A stretch of DNA of 61,103 bases from Candidatus Methylopumilus sp. (GTDB lineage: Bacteria; Pseudomonadota; Gammaproteobacteria; Burkholderiales; Methylophilaceae). A program made the translations under genes and the position numbers. Positions 9,486 to 20,791 of the stretch are shown piece after piece. The stretch lies in assembly GCA_036567085.1 (NCBI GenBank), contig DATCVG010000025.1:1-61103 (forward strand), given 5' to 3'. Positions within the stretch are counted from its first letter, which is position 1. Each line of letters opens with the position of its first letter. The notes below the pieces were generated by a model. That model made no database searches. It was given only the letters and a program-made list of their open reading frames with translations, and was not told the DNA's origin.

Positions 9486-10381
9486 TCAGGTAATTGAGAT
9501 TTTTGAAGCATAAACACAAAGTCATTACCTAAAGAAATATCTAGCCATTGAAATTTAAGTTTAGGGAATTTATTTAATAAAACTTCTTTGTTGTGACCAA
9601 TTTCAACAATCAATATGCCATCATCATTAAGATAGCGTTTTGCTTCGTTGATAATTCTAATGGTGTGATCTAAACCCTCTTCTCCACTCCCCAAAGCCAT
9701 ACTTGGTTCTTTTAAAAATTCCATAGGGAAGCTATCAACTGAAGCTTGATTTACATAAGGAGGGTTTGAAATAATGAGGTCATATTTCTTATCTTGTAAG
9801 GCATAAAATAAATCAGATTGAATTAATTCGGTACGATCATTAAGCCCATAATGATTAATATTGATTTCCGCTACCTGTAATGCTTTTTCAGATAAGTCTA
9901 CAAGATCAATAATTGCATTCTGAAAGCTATGTGCCATCATAATACCTAAGCAACCACTGCCAGAACATAAGTCTAGCGCGCTAAAGATTTTTTCAGGATC
10001 ATCAATCCATGGGTAAAGATTTTCGCTTAATAACTCCGCAATTAAAGATCTAGGAACAATGACGCGCTCATCCACATAAAACTTGTAATCTCTTAGCCAG
10101 GCCTCATTAAGAAGATAAGCGGTTGGGATTTTGTCTTTAATTCTTTTTTCAATTAAAAATAATAAATCTTTTTTTTCTTTGCCTGTTAGGCTAGCGTCTA
10201 AAAAGTTTTCTATCGTATCGTGAGGAAGGTGAAGAAAGCCGAAAATAAGCCAGACAGCTTCGTCATATGCATTAGAAGTGCCATGACCAAAAAAAATATC
10301 AGAACTTTCAAATTGACTAACCGTGTATCTAAGCCAATCACGAATTGAAGAAAGCTCAGCAAGAATTTGCGCTTGGCTCAA
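9482..10381 (-). CDS. prmB: Ribosomal protein L3 N5-glutamine methyltransferase
   Basis: [36 protein letters not shown]. Confidence 0.95.
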   Translation of the reverse strand: MSQAQILAELSSIRDWLRYTVSQFESSDIFFGHGTSNAYDEAVWLIFGFLHLPHDTIENFLDASLTGKEKKDLLFLIEKRIKDKIPTAYLLNEAWLRDYKFYVDERVIVPRSLIAELLSENLYPWIDDPEKIFSALDLCSGSGCLGIMMAHSFQNAIIDLVDLSEKALQVAEININHYGLNDRTELIQSDLFYALQDKKYDLIISNPPYVNQASVDSFPMEFLKEPSMALGSGEEGLDHTIRIINEAKRYLNDDGILIVEIGHNKEVLLNKFPKLKFQWLDISLGNDFVFMLQKSQLPD

Positions 10382-11505
10382 GTGAGAATTTTATGCAACG
10401 TCAGTTTATAGATATCTTTGAGTGGTTCGATATCTTTTATATCAATACATTCATTTATTTTATGAATCGTGGCATTGAGCGGGCCAAATTCTACAACCTG
10501 ATCGCTGATGTTCGCAATAAAGCGACCATCCGAAGTGCCGCCCGTTGTAGAGAGCTCGGGTGTGATACCCACAGTTTCTTTTATCGCTTCCGATAAAATC
10601 TCTACAAGCTTCCCTTTTTTTGTTAAATAAGGATTGCCCGAGTACTCCCAATCAATCACGTAATCAAGTTTATGCTTATCTAAAATAGCATGTGCTCTTT
10701 CTTTTAAATTTTCAGCAGTACTTGCTGTTGAGTATCTAAAATTAAAAAGAATATCGACTTCGCCAGGAACAACATTTGTAGCACCTGTGCCGCCTTTAAT
10801 ATTTGAAATTTGCCAAGAGGTTTTAGGAAAATATTCATTGCCTTCATCCCAGGACATATTGACTAAATCTGTGATTGCAGGAGCAACCATATGAATCGGA
10901 TTCTTAACCAAATGAGGGTAGGCAATATGACCTTGAATGCCTTTTACAGTAAGCTTTGCGGAAAGCGATCCTCTTCGGCCATTTTTTATCATATCACCGA
11001 ACTTAAGATGTGAAGTAGGCTCACCGACTACACAAAAATCAATCCTTTGATTTCTTTCTTTAAGAAGTTCAACTACTTTTACGGTACCATCCACCGCCAC
11101 ACCTTCTTCGTCGGAAGTAATAATTAATCCAATTGAACCTTTGAAATCTTTGGTTTCGTCTAAAAATTCTTCAATGGAAACAATAAAGGCTGCAATAGAT
11201 GTTTTCATATCCGCAGCACCTCGACCATAGAGCTTGTCATCTTTGATTGTAGGTTCAAAAGGAGGCGATATCCATTGATCGACTGGGCCACTCGGTACGA
11301 CATCTGTATGACCTGCAAAAACAAAGAAGGGTGCTTCAGTCCCTCTCCGTGCGTATAAATTTTCTACATCACCAACTTTAATTTTTTCACATTTAAAACC
11401 TAAAGGTTCTAAGAGGCTTATAAGAAAATCTTGACAGCCAGCATCGTCAGGCGTGTTAGATTTTCTAGCAATTAAATTCTTAGTGAGTTCTAATGTTCTG
11501 GTCAT
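10378..11505 (-). CDS. dapE: Succinyl-diaminopimelate desuccinylase
   Basis: [41 protein letters not shown]. Confidence 0.97.
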   Translation of the reverse strand: MTRTLELTKNLIARKSNTPDDAGCQDFLISLLEPLGFKCEKIKVGDVENLYARRGTEAPFFVFAGHTDVVPSGPVDQWISPPFEPTIKDDKLYGRGAADMKTSIAAFIVSIEEFLDETKDFKGSIGLIITSDEEGVAVDGTVKVVELLKERNQRIDFCVVGEPTSHLKFGDMIKNGRRGSLSAKLTVKGIQGHIAYPHLVKNPIHMVAPAITDLVNMSWDEGNEYFPKTSWQISNIKGGTGATNVVPGEVDILFNFRYSTASTAENLKERAHAILDKHKLDYVIDWEYSGNPYLTKKGKLVEILSEAIKETVGITPELSTTGGTSDGRFIANISDQVVEFGPLNATIHKINECIDIKDIEPLKDIYKLTLHKILT

Positions 11506-11507
11506 TT

Positions 11508-11870
11508 TTATTTTTTAAATAATTGTTTAAATATAGCTTCATCAAATCCAAGCGATACTACTTTTTTGTCGATTGCTACCAAAGGTCTTTTCATCACCGT
11601 TGGTTTTTCTATAATTAATTGAATGGCAGTTTCTTTCTTGTCTCCAAGTTTTTTTTCTCGATCTGTCAGATTTCTCCAAGTCATGCCGGATTTATTAATG
11701 AGCATATCCCAGGTTAAATAATTTGGTAGTTTTTTAACCCATGCAGTCAAAGTAGCCTGATCTAATGTTTCTTTTTTTAGATCAAAAAATTCATATTTAA
11801 TTTTATGGTTATCAAACCAAGTTAATGCTTTTTTGACAGTACTACAATTTTTAATGCCGACTACCATCAT
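11508..11870 (-). CDS. ArsC/Spx-like (YffB) family protein
   Basis: [19 protein letters not shown]; conserved position between dapD and dapE. Confidence 0.9.
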   Translation of the reverse strand: MMVVGIKNCSTVKKALTWFDNHKIKYEFFDLKKETLDQATLTAWVKKLPNYLTWDMLINKSGMTWRNLTDREKKLGDKKETAIQLIIEKPTVMKRPLVAIDKKVVSLGFDEAIFKQLFKK

Positions 11871-11872
11871 AA

Positions 11873-12700
11873 TTAAATACCTCTAAGCAACTCATTAATA
11901 CCAACTTTACCGAGTGTTTTTTCGTCTACCTTTTTTACAATCACTGCACAGTAAAGACTATAAGAGCCATCTTTTGATGGTAGGTTTCCTGAAACAACAA
12001 CTGAGCCTTTAGGAATGCGGCCATAAGTTACTTCGCCTGTCTCACGATCATAAATTTTAGTAGATTGACCAATATAGACCCCCATAGAAATAACTGCGTT
12101 ATCTTCAACGATCACACCTTCAACCACTTCTGATCGTGCACCAATAAAGCAATTATCACCAATAATAGTTGGACCAGCTTGAATAGGTTCCAATACCCCA
12201 CCAATGCCTACGCCTCCTGAGAGGTGAACATTTTTACCAATTTGCGCACAAGAACCGACAGTCGCCCATGTATCGACCATTGTACCTTCGTCTACATAAG
12301 CTCCAATATTTACATATGAAGGCATGAGCACAACATTTTTGCCAATAAATGAACCGCGTCTTGCAATAGCATTCGGTACAACACGATAACCACCTGCTTT
12401 AAAATCTTCATCGGTGAAATTAGCAAATTTTGAATTTACTTTATCAAAGTAATTGGTATAACCACTCTTCATGACCTCGTTATCGTAGAGTCGGAAAGAG
12501 AGTAATACCGCCTTCTTAATCCATTGATGTGTTTCCCATTCCTGTGAATCTTTAATGCGTGTTGCTACTCGAAGCGATCCATTATTTAAATTATTAAGCA
12601 CTTCATCCACAGTATCTTTAATTTCTTTTGGCGCATTTTTTGGATTGATTTCAGCTCTTATTTCAAAAGCGTTTTCGATGATTGATTTTAATTGATCCAT
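11873..12700 (-). CDS. dapD: Tetrahydrodipicolinate N-succinyltransferase
   Basis: [30 protein letters not shown], hexapeptide repeats, SLYCAVIVK. Confidence 0.97.
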   Translation of the reverse strand: MDQLKSIIENAFEIRAEINPKNAPKEIKDTVDEVLNNLNNGSLRVATRIKDSQEWETHQWIKKAVLLSFRLYDNEVMKSGYTNYFDKVNSKFANFTDEDFKAGGYRVVPNAIARRGSFIGKNVVLMPSYVNIGAYVDEGTMVDTWATVGSCAQIGKNVHLSGGVGIGGVLEPIQAGPTIIGDNCFIGARSEVVEGVIVEDNAVISMGVYIGQSTKIYDRETGEVTYGRIPKGSVVVSGNLPSKDGSYSLYCAVIVKKVDEKTLGKVGINELLRGI

Positions 12701-12752
12701 ACAAATATTTTTTTTAAGTTAAAACAGTATTTTACATTAAAGTCTATTGTAA

Positions 12753-13568
12753 TTACCGTGGTCGATTTGATTCATAGAGGGGCTTTAATTTATTGGCAAG
12801 ATCAGTAAGCTCCCTAATACGATTGTCATCAGATGGATGAGTACTTAAAAATTCAGGGGGTTTTTTGGTATCTTGTTGTTTCATTTTTTCCCATAAGGTG
12901 ACTGAAGCGAAAGGATTAAATCCTGATTTCGCGGCAAGTTCAAGACCAATAGCATCAGCTTCTCTTTCTTGTGTTCGGCTATTTGGTAGGGCAAAAAAGA
13001 GGGTAGTACCCAAAGAAACTGCTTGTATAGTTGCATTTGCTCTATTGCGTTTACTTTTATTTGATATGTATGCTGCAAAACCAATCAAACCTAATTGTTG
13101 AACGGCTGCAGTCGACATTCTCTCTCGGCCGTGTTCACGAAGTGCATGAGAAATTTCATGTCCTATAACGGCTGCTAATTCGTCATCTGTAGCTTTTAGT
13201 TTTCGAATAAGACCTGAGTAGACCATAATTTTTCCCCCAGGCATACAGTAAGCATTAACTTCATCATTATCTTCAATATTTATTTCCCAATTCCACTGAT
13301 TAGCTTCAGGCTTAAAAAAAGTTGTATTAGCAATTAGTCTATTACTAATTCTCTTAACACGACTTACTTGAAAAGAATCAACGTTAAGTTTATTTTTTTT
13401 TCTTGCTTCTTGAATTGCAGTTCTGTAACCATCACTCGCTAGGCTTGCCACCATAGATTGGGGCATAAGTAAAAGTTGTTTTCTATCGATACCTGATTGA
13501 TTTTTTATAGTAGTTGAGGCACAACCTGTAACAAGAAATACTAATAAAAATAAAACACTATATTTCAT
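12753..13568 (-). CDS. M48 family metalloprotease lipoprotein
   Basis: Lipobox LVTGC; NAYCMPGGK, HEISH, EREAD, STHP. Confidence 0.92.
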   Translation of the reverse strand: MKYSVLFLLVFLVTGCASTTIKNQSGIDRKQLLLMPQSMVASLASDGYRTAIQEARKKNKLNVDSFQVSRVKRISNRLIANTTFFKPEANQWNWEINIEDNDEVNAYCMPGGKIMVYSGLIRKLKATDDELAAVIGHEISHALREHGRERMSTAAVQQLGLIGFAAYISNKSKRNRANATIQAVSLGTTLFFALPNSRTQEREADAIGLELAAKSGFNPFASVTLWEKMKQQDTKKPPEFLSTHPSDDNRIRELTDLANKLKPLYESNRPR

Positions 13569-13570
13569 TC

Positions 13571-15457
13571 TTAAAACAATACTTGGCTTCCTAATTCAAC
13601 CACTCGGTTAGGCGGAAGCTTAAATTGATTAGTAATTGTTTCCGCACTTCTAAATAAACCGATAAATAGTTTCTTTCTCCAATAATTCATATTGTCTTTT
13701 GGCGTCGCTAATAAAATTTCCTTGCCGATAAAATATGAGCTATTCATTGGATCAATATTGACACCATTTTTCACACATAATGCCAAGTCTTTTGGTAAAT
13801 CGGGCTCATCTTTAAATCCATATTTCACAGTGACTTTGTAAAAGTTATAAGGCAGTTTTTCAACAGTTACTAGATCTTTTGTAAGTGAGTGAGGATAGTC
13901 CATAAACATCACAGTCAAAATAATAACTTTTTCATGGATTACTTTATTGTGTTTAAGGTTATGAAGAAGTGCATGAGGAACACCTTCAGGATTAGGCGTC
14001 ATAAATATTGCAGTACCTTCTACCCGAGGCGGCGGATTAGCGCCTATAGATGAAATAAATGAATTTATTTCAATAGCTTCACCCTTAAGTATTTTATAAA
14101 GAAGTGCACGACCTTTTTTCCAAGTAGTCATTAAAACAAAAAGAATGCAGCCGATTAAAATCGGAAACCAACCACCATCAGGTATTTTTAAAATATTGGC
14201 ACTAAAAAATGCAAAATCGATCATTAAAAAAATTGCCATAAAAATAAGTGTTTTAATGGAGTTCCATTTCCACACTTCATAGAATACAAAGCTTGCTAGA
14301 AGCGTTGAAATTACCATATCACCTGTAACTGCAATACCATATGCGCCTGCAAGATTGCCTGAGCTTTTGAAAGTCACAACCAAAGCCATCACTGAAATCA
14401 TTAAGAGCCAATTAATTCTTGGGAGATAAATTTGCCCCTCTTGATTTTCCGAAGTATGTTCGACGTGCATTCTTGGTAAGAATCCCAATTGAAGTGCTTG
14501 CCTTGAAACTGAAAATGCCCCAGTGATCACTGCTTGTGAAGCTATGATTGCAGCGAGCGTTGCTAAAATAATAAGAGGAATACCAAGAAATTCGGGGGCC
14601 ATAAGATAAAAAGGATTTTTAATATTTTCAGGATTACTAATAAGTAATGCACCTTGTCCAAAGTAATTTAATGTAAGCGCTGGAAGCACAAAAATAAACC
14701 ATGCAAGCCTAATAGGATGTTTACCAAAATGTCCCATATCTGCATAAAGCGCTTCAGCACCGGTTACAGATAAAACGACAGCACCTAAAGCTACAAATGC
14801 AACCATGGGAGCTAATTGGAAGAAATGAAACGCATGTAAAGGATTAATCGCATAAAGTACATGTGGCTCTTGCGCAATATTCGTAAGACCCAATAATCCA
14901 AGTGTTAAAAACCAAAAAAACATAATGGGACCAAAGAGTGCGCCTACAATATTTGTTCCTTTGCTTTGTGCATAAAATAAAATAAAAAGTACTATAAGAG
15001 TTATTGGGATAATAAGATGGCTTAAGGAAGGCGCAACAACCTCAAGACCTTCGATCGCAGATAAAACAGAAATTGCAGGTGTAATCATTCCGTCTGCATA
15101 AAACATACAAGCCCCAAGAATGCCTAAAATCATAATCCAATTTCTTTTATTGCTGCTTGGCGCATTTTTATTAGCAAGAGAGAGTAAAGCCATAATGCCG
15201 CCTTCACCTCTATTATCAGCTCGCATGATAAAGCCTACATATTTCACTGACACAATCATAATGAGAGACCAGAAGACAAGTGAGAGTATACCTAGAACGT
15301 TAAATTGAGTAAGTTCAACTGGATGTTTGCTTAAAGAAAAAACTTCTTTCATAGTGTATAGGGGGCTTGTGCCAATATCACCAAATACGACACCTAAGGC
15401 TGCAAGTGAAAGTGTTGCTATCGAGACTTTCTGATTATTTTTTTTGGTATCTTCCAT
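13571..15457 (-). CDS. kup: Potassium transporter Kup
   Basis: GVVFGDIGTSPLY, RADNRGEGG, EALYADMGHFG, VVELGSQV. Confidence 0.97.
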   Translation of the reverse strand: MEDTKKNNQKVSIATLSLAALGVVFGDIGTSPLYTMKEVFSLSKHPVELTQFNVLGILSLVFWSLIMIVSVKYVGFIMRADNRGEGGIMALLSLANKNAPSSNKRNWIMILGILGACMFYADGMITPAISVLSAIEGLEVVAPSLSHLIIPITLIVLFILFYAQSKGTNIVGALFGPIMFFWFLTLGLLGLTNIAQEPHVLYAINPLHAFHFFQLAPMVAFVALGAVVLSVTGAEALYADMGHFGKHPIRLAWFIFVLPALTLNYFGQGALLISNPENIKNPFYLMAPEFLGIPLIILATLAAIIASQAVITGAFSVSRQALQLGFLPRMHVEHTSENQEGQIYLPRINWLLMISVMALVVTFKSSGNLAGAYGIAVTGDMVISTLLASFVFYEVWKWNSIKTLIFMAIFLMIDFAFFSANILKIPDGGWFPILIGCILFVLMTTWKKGRALLYKILKGEAIEINSFISSIGANPPPRVEGTAIFMTPNPEGVPHALLHNLKHNKVIHEKVIILTVMFMDYPHSLTKDLVTVEKLPYNFYKVTVKYGFKDEPDLPKDLALCVKNGVNIDPMNSSYFIGKEILLATPKDNMNYWRKKLFIGLFRSAETITNQFKLPPNRVVELGSQVLF

Positions 15458-15483
15458 GAGCGCCAGAGTATTTTTAATTCAAT

Positions 15484-16719
15484 CTAAAATGATTCATTTT
15501 TAAGATCTGAAATATTTGCATCAGCTTGTCCATGGTTCAATTGAATACGAATTTTATCATCAAGCTTTAACTGGTTTACATTATTTACAATCTGGCCATC
15601 AACATTTGTGATAATGGAATAGCCTCTTGATAAAACAGCATGAGGGCTTAAATGATCTAAGTTTAATTTCAATTTATCGATCTTTAAACGATATTGAATC
15701 ATTACATTTTTCATACTTTGATTAATCCTTTGTATATATTGATGAATCTGTTCCTTTTGTCTTTGAATTTGTTGTCGGGGTGATATAAGCCTTTTCTCTA
15801 GATAGTCTATTTTTTGCATCAATTCACGGATGACACCAGCCATTACTTTATTTAATTGATTTTTGTATACTTGAATTGTTTTAACTAGTTCGACAGTATG
15901 GCTTGTGACGAGCTCAGCTGCGCCTGTGGGAGTTGGTGCTCTAAGGTCAGATACAAAATCAGCTATGGTTGTGTCAGTCTCATGACCAACACCTGTAATA
16001 ATAGGTATTTTAGATGCAACAATTCCTCGCGCTACAATTTCTTCATTAAAGGCCCATAAGTCTTCAATCGAACCACCACCTCGCGCAAGAATGAGCACAT
16101 CACATTCCATTCTGATATTTGCAGTTTCAATAGCTTTTACAATTGCGAGAGGCGCCTCTTTACCTTGAACGAGACAAGGATATATAAAGATTGGAATATG
16201 GAGACTTCGTCTTTTAAGAGTAGTAAGAATATCTTCAATTGCAGCACCTGTAGGAGAAGTAATAACTCCAATAGACTTGGGAAATTGAGGTATGAGTTTT
16301 TTACGAGAAGTTTCAAAAAGACCTTCTTTGAGAAGCCTTTCTTTTAATTGATTAAAGGCTTCCGATAAAAGCCCAGCACCCGCATGTCTAATCAGATCAA
16401 TATTAAGCTGGTATTCTCCGCGAGCTTCATAGAGCCCAATAAAACATTTCGCTTCAATTTTTTCACCATTTTTAGGGGTCCAATCAGCAGCCATATTTTT
16501 ATTTTTAAACATGGTGCAGCGTACTTGAGCTTCATCATCCTTAAGAGAAAAGTACCAATGTCCGGAGGATGCGCTTATAAAATTAGAGATTTCGCCTGAA
16601 ATCCAAAATGAAGGAAAACTCTGCTCAAGAAGCTCCCTGACGAGGCGGTTAATTTCTTTAACAGAAAAAACCTTGGCCTCGTTAGGTTTGGTGCTATTTA
16701 TTGGTGTTGAATTAATCAA
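15484..16719 (-). CDS. xseA: Exodeoxyribonuclease VII large subunit
   Basis: GEISNF-SSGHWYFSLKD, RGGGSIEDLWAFN, GVGHETD, RAPTPT; TTG start, exact start uncertain. Confidence 0.95.
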   Translation of the reverse strand: MINSTPINSTKPNEAKVFSVKEINRLVRELLEQSFPSFWISGEISNFISASSGHWYFSLKDDEAQVRCTMFKNKNMAADWTPKNGEKIEAKCFIGLYEARGEYQLNIDLIRHAGAGLLSEAFNQLKERLLKEGLFETSRKKLIPQFPKSIGVITSPTGAAIEDILTTLKRRSLHIPIFIYPCLVQGKEAPLAIVKAIETANIRMECDVLILARGGGSIEDLWAFNEEIVARGIVASKIPIITGVGHETDTTIADFVSDLRAPTPTGAAELVTSHTVELVKTIQVYKNQLNKVMAGVIRELMQKIDYLEKRLISPRQQIQRQKEQIHQYIQRINQSMKNVMIQYRLKIDKLKLNLDHLSPHAVLSRGYSIITNVDGQIVNNVNQLKLDDKIRIQLNHGQADANISDLKNESF

Positions 16720-16783
16720 ACTAGGGGGATATCCGTTACAATTATCTTCATTATAGAGTCTATGAATAATTAAAGAGCTTTAA

Positions 16784-17284
16784 TTGAAGAAATTTTTTTT
16801 ATCACATAAACAAGCCCATTTATTTGCTTTTTTTGCTGCTTATTTTTTAGTTGCATTAGCGCTGTTCATTCAAAAAAAATTTAATCTCGAACCTTGCCCT
16901 TTATGCATTACACAAAGGATTATTTTTATGGTGTTGGGACTATTCTTTTTGATTAATACATTTATTAAGCCAACATATTTAATGAGAAGATTGTCCCTAG
17001 TTGTCTTATCTATAACCTCAATTATAGGCATGGTATTTTCGTTTAAACATATTCTGATTCAATCGAAAGCCATTGATGTTCCTAATGAATGTGGCGTTGA
17101 CTTAAATTATATGTTTGAAAATTTTCCATTTTCAAAAGCTTTAAATTTACTTTTTAAAGGGACGGGTGACTGTTCCCATATTGATTGGAGTTTACTGGGC
17201 CTCACAATTCCTCAGTGGGCTTTAATTGGATTCATATCTTTTTTTGTATATACCGTTCTTATATTTCGGATGAATGTAAAGTAA
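16784..17284 (+). CDS. dsbB: Disulfide bond formation protein B
   Basis: EPCPLCITQR plus second Cys pair (NECG...GDCS); four TM segments; TTG start. Confidence 0.92.
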   Translation: MKKFFLSHKQAHLFAFFAAYFLVALALFIQKKFNLEPCPLCITQRIIFMVLGLFFLINTFIKPTYLMRRLSLVVLSITSIIGMVFSFKHILIQSKAIDVPNECGVDLNYMFENFPFSKALNLLFKGTGDCSHIDWSLLGLTIPQWALIGFISFFVYTVLIFRMNVK

Positions 17285-18165
17285 TGTACTTAGAAAATTT
17301 TATTGGTAACACACCGCTCGTTTCCCTCCAGCGCATGAATGGAAATTTAACCAGCGCGATCTACCTTAAATTAGAAGGTAATAATCCCGCAGGCTCAGTA
17401 AAAGATAGAGCCGCGTTTTCTATGATTCATAACGCTGAATTAAGAGGCGATATTAAACCAGGCGACACACTCATTGAAGCTACATCTGGCAATACAGGAA
17501 TAGCGCTTGCTATGGTGGCTGCGATGAAGGGCTATAAAATGATTTTGGTTATGCCAGAAAATCAAACCATCGAAAGACGGCAAACAATGAAAGCATTTGG
17601 CGCAGAACTCATTCTGACTTCGCAAGAAGGCAGTATGGAGTTTGCAAGAGACACCGCCCTAGAGATGCAAAAAGAAGGTAAAGGTTTTGTTTTGGATCAA
17701 TTTAGTAATCTTGACAATCCTAAAGCGCATTATGACGGCACCGGCCCCGAAATATGGAAAGATACAAAAGGTCGCATCACTCATTTTATCTCGAGCATGG
17801 GTACTACAGGTACGATTGTTGGCACCTCAAGATTCTTAAAAGAAAAAAATAAAGATATTCAAATTATTGGTGTTCAGCCAGAAGAAGGCTCTCAAATTCC
17901 AGGTATACGTAAATGGCCAGAAGCCTATTTACCTAAAATTTATAATCCAAAAAATATCGATCGTATTGAGTATGTCTCACAGCAAAATGCAGAAGAAATT
18001 GCACGAAAACTTGCAAAAGAAGAAGGTATTTTTTCTGGAGCGTCAACTGGCGGAGCGCTTCATGTCGCTCTTCAAATAGCGAGAGCAAATAAAGATGCTG
18101 TGATCGTATCTATTGCTTGTGATCGAGGTGACCGCTATTTATCTTCCAATTTGTTTGTGAGTTAA
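17284..18165 (+). CDS. cysM: Cysteine synthase B
   Basis: Start reassigned to ATG 17284 (TAATG overlap with dsbB stop); KLEGNNPAGSVKDR, ATSGNTG, MGTTGT, IPGIRKW, CDRGDRYLS. Confidence 0.95.
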   Translation: MYLENFIGNTPLVSLQRMNGNLTSAIYLKLEGNNPAGSVKDRAAFSMIHNAELRGDIKPGDTLIEATSGNTGIALAMVAAMKGYKMILVMPENQTIERRQTMKAFGAELILTSQEGSMEFARDTALEMQKEGKGFVLDQFSNLDNPKAHYDGTGPEIWKDTKGRITHFISSMGTTGTIVGTSRFLKEKNKDIQIIGVQPEEGSQIPGIRKWPEAYLPKIYNPKNIDRIEYVSQQNAEEIARKLAKEEGIFSGASTGGALHVALQIARANKDAVIVSIACDRGDRYLSSNLFVS

Positions 18166-18169
18166 AGTT

Positions 18170-18946
18170 TTGACTCCTATTTTAGTTTTTGATATCGAAA
18201 CCATTCCTGATATTCAAGGTATTAGATCTTTATATACATTAGATAATAATTTTTCTGATGATGATGTTGTGAATGCTGCTACTTACAAAAGAAGACAAAA
18301 AAATGGCTCGGATTTTCTACAGCACCATCTTCAAAAAATTGTAGCGATCTCATGTGTTCTTCGAGAAAGAGATCAATTAAAAATATGGACCTTGGGAGAT
18401 ATTGACGATTCCGAAGAAGAAGTTATTCAGCGTTTTTTTGATGGTATTGATAAGTATACCCCTACACTTGTATCGTGGAATGGATCAGGATTTGATCTGC
18501 CTGTATTAAATTACAGAGCTTTGATTTATGGCATTAATGCTTCCAAATATTTAGATATGGGCGAGATTGATAAGGATTTTAAATGGAATAATTATTTAAG
18601 CCGATATCACACACGCCATACAGATTTAATGGAATTTTTAGCTATGTTCCAGGGTAAAAATAATGCTCCTCTAGATGATATTGCAAAGCTTTGTGGCTTC
18701 CCAGGTAAGTTGGGTATGGATGGCGGAAAAGTTTGGGATACCTATAGAGAAGGAGATATTCAATCGATAAGAGACTATTGCGAAACTGATGTTGCGAATA
18801 CTTATCTTGTTTATCTTAAATTTCAATTAATCCGAGGCCAACTTAATCAAAACGAATATGATGCTGAAATTAATTTAGTTAAAAATACGATTAAAGAATA
18901 TCAAAAAGATTATTGGGATGAGTTTTTGTCCGCCTGGAAATCATAA
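18170..18946 (+). CDS. PolB-related 3'-5' exonuclease (COG3298-type)
   Basis: DEDD motifs FDIETIPD, WNGSGFDLPVL, YCETDV; TTG start. Confidence 0.9.
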   Translation: MTPILVFDIETIPDIQGIRSLYTLDNNFSDDDVVNAATYKRRQKNGSDFLQHHLQKIVAISCVLRERDQLKIWTLGDIDDSEEEVIQRFFDGIDKYTPTLVSWNGSGFDLPVLNYRALIYGINASKYLDMGEIDKDFKWNNYLSRYHTRHTDLMEFLAMFQGKNNAPLDDIAKLCGFPGKLGMDGGKVWDTYREGDIQSIRDYCETDVANTYLVYLKFQLIRGQLNQNEYDAEINLVKNTIKEYQKDYWDEFLSAWKS

Positions 18947-18956
18947 GTCTTCCTCA

Positions 18957-20294
18957 ATGCAAGACGACATTAAATCTAAAAAAAAATTATTACTCGCCAC
19001 AATAGAAAATATTGATCAAGAGGGTAGGGGTGTCAGTCATATTGATGGTAAAGCTATTTTTGTAGAAGGTGCACTTCAAGGCGAGTTGGTTGAGTGTGAG
19101 TCTTATGTGAGAAAGCCAAGCTATGAAATCGCTTTTACACAAAGAGTGATTCGACAATCTAATTTAAGAGTAAAGCCTAAATGCGATCACTTTAATCGAT
19201 GTGGCGGTTGTTCTATGCAGCATTTTGAGTTTCAAGCGCAAATTGCAGCTAAGCAAAGAGTATTTGAAAATACATTATCTAGAATTGGTAAGGTTAAATC
19301 CGAATTAATCTTAACACCACTTGCAGGGCCCTCCTGGCGTTACCGATATAAAGGCCGACTAAGGGTTAAATTTGTTGTTAAGAAAAATAAAGCACTTGTG
19401 GGGTTTAATGAAAAAAGAACACATTTTATTGCTGATATTTCCAGCTGCGAAGTATTACCTCAAAATCTCTCTGATATCCTGCCTCCGCTTCAAGACTTGA
19501 TTGCTCAGCTTTCTATCAAAGACAAAATACCTCAGATTGAATTCGCAGCAGATCAAAAATATTTAGTGTTGGTATTAAGAATTTTAGAAAAGCTAGATTT
19601 AAGTGATGAAGTACTTTTAAATGCATTCTCAAGGCAATATTCCGTCCAATTTTGGACGCAATCTAAAGGCCCTGAAACAGTGAAACCGTTATCAAAGAAA
19701 GATGATGTGAAGCTCTCTTATACTCTAAAAGAGTTTGGTCTACAGTTTAGTTTTATGCCTTATGACTTTACACAAATTAATCCTTTTATTAATCAAGTAT
19801 TAGTAAGAAGAGCGATGAGTCTATTAAAGCCTTCAAAAGATGAACGTATTTTTGATTTTTTCTGTGGGCTTGGAAATTTCACATTACCTATTGCAATAAG
19901 TGGTGCAAAAGTGACCGGTATCGAAGGCTCAGCATCACTGATAGAAAGAGCAAAACAATGTCGAGATGAAAATCACTTAAATGATTTTGTGGAATATCAA
20001 TGTATCAATTTATTTGAAATCCATAAGGAAATATTATTAAAATTGGGTCATGCAAATAAATGGCTGATTGATCCTCCTAGAGATGGGGCGTTTGAATTAG
20101 TTCAGCTCATTGATGAGGAAATTAATCCCTCAGTGATTGTTTATGTATCTTGTAATCCAGCTACCTTGGCTAGAGATGCTCAAATATTAGTAAATGAGAA
20201 GGGATATAAATTAGATAAAGCTGGTATTGTAAATATGTTTCCACATACCTCGCATGTAGAATCTATTGCATTATTTGTAAAGACAGCATCTTAA
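18957..20294 (+). CDS. rlmD: 23S rRNA (uracil-1939-C5)-methyltransferase
   Basis: TRAM domain, Fe-S cysteines C-x5-CGGC, FTQIN, DFFCGLGNF, DPPR, YVSCNPATLARD, MFPHTSHVES; start taken as ATG 18957. Confidence 0.95.
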   Translation: MQDDIKSKKKLLLATIENIDQEGRGVSHIDGKAIFVEGALQGELVECESYVRKPSYEIAFTQRVIRQSNLRVKPKCDHFNRCGGCSMQHFEFQAQIAAKQRVFENTLSRIGKVKSELILTPLAGPSWRYRYKGRLRVKFVVKKNKALVGFNEKRTHFIADISSCEVLPQNLSDILPPLQDLIAQLSIKDKIPQIEFAADQKYLVLVLRILEKLDLSDEVLLNAFSRQYSVQFWTQSKGPETVKPLSKKDDVKLSYTLKEFGLQFSFMPYDFTQINPFINQVLVRRAMSLLKPSKDERIFDFFCGLGNFTLPIAISGAKVTGIEGSASLIERAKQCRDENHLNDFVEYQCINLFEIHKEILLKLGHANKWLIDPPRDGAFELVQLIDEEINPSVIVYVSCNPATLARDAQILVNEKGYKLDKAGIVNMFPHTSHVESIALFVKTAS

Positions 20295-20307
20295 GAATTA
20301 TTTAATT

Positions 20308-20790
20308 ATGCATATTAAAATTTCAATCAGAGAGCAAAAACTTCATGTCTATCAAGATGATAATGTATGGGTGAAATCATTTGTGATTTCTACTGCAGAA
20401 AAAGGTGTGGGTCAAAATAAAGGCAGTTTTTGTACGCCCTTAGGCCAGCATATTGTGCGAGCAAAAATTGGCAATGGCGCACCTTTGTTCGCGCAATTTA
20501 TAGCTCGAAGACTTACAGGAAAAATATGGAATCCAACAATGTCAGGCTCTAACTCCAATGAGGATTGGATTTTAACTCGCATACTTTGGCTTTCAGGTCT
20601 CGAGGTTGGATTTAATCGTCTGGGTATCCAAGATACAATGCGGCGTTTTATTTACATCCATGGAACTAATGACCTAGCTCATTTGGGTCAGCCCAAATCT
20701 CATGGATGCATTCGAATGGATAACTATGACATCATTGATTTATTTGATCAAATTAACGTTGGTGATCATGTCTTGATAAATGAAATCTAA
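20308..20790 (+). CDS. YkuD (L,D-transpeptidase fold) protein without signal peptide, ElsL-like
   Basis: CTPLG, WILTRILWLSG, catalytic YIHGT...SHGCIRM; domain starts at residue 1 with no hydrophobic leader. Confidence 0.88.
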   Translation: MHIKISIREQKLHVYQDDNVWVKSFVISTAEKGVGQNKGSFCTPLGQHIVRAKIGNGAPLFAQFIARRLTGKIWNPTMSGSNSNEDWILTRILWLSGLEVGFNRLGIQDTMRRFIYIHGTNDLAHLGQPKSHGCIRMDNYDIIDLFDQINVGDHVLINEI

Positions 20791-20791
20791 T

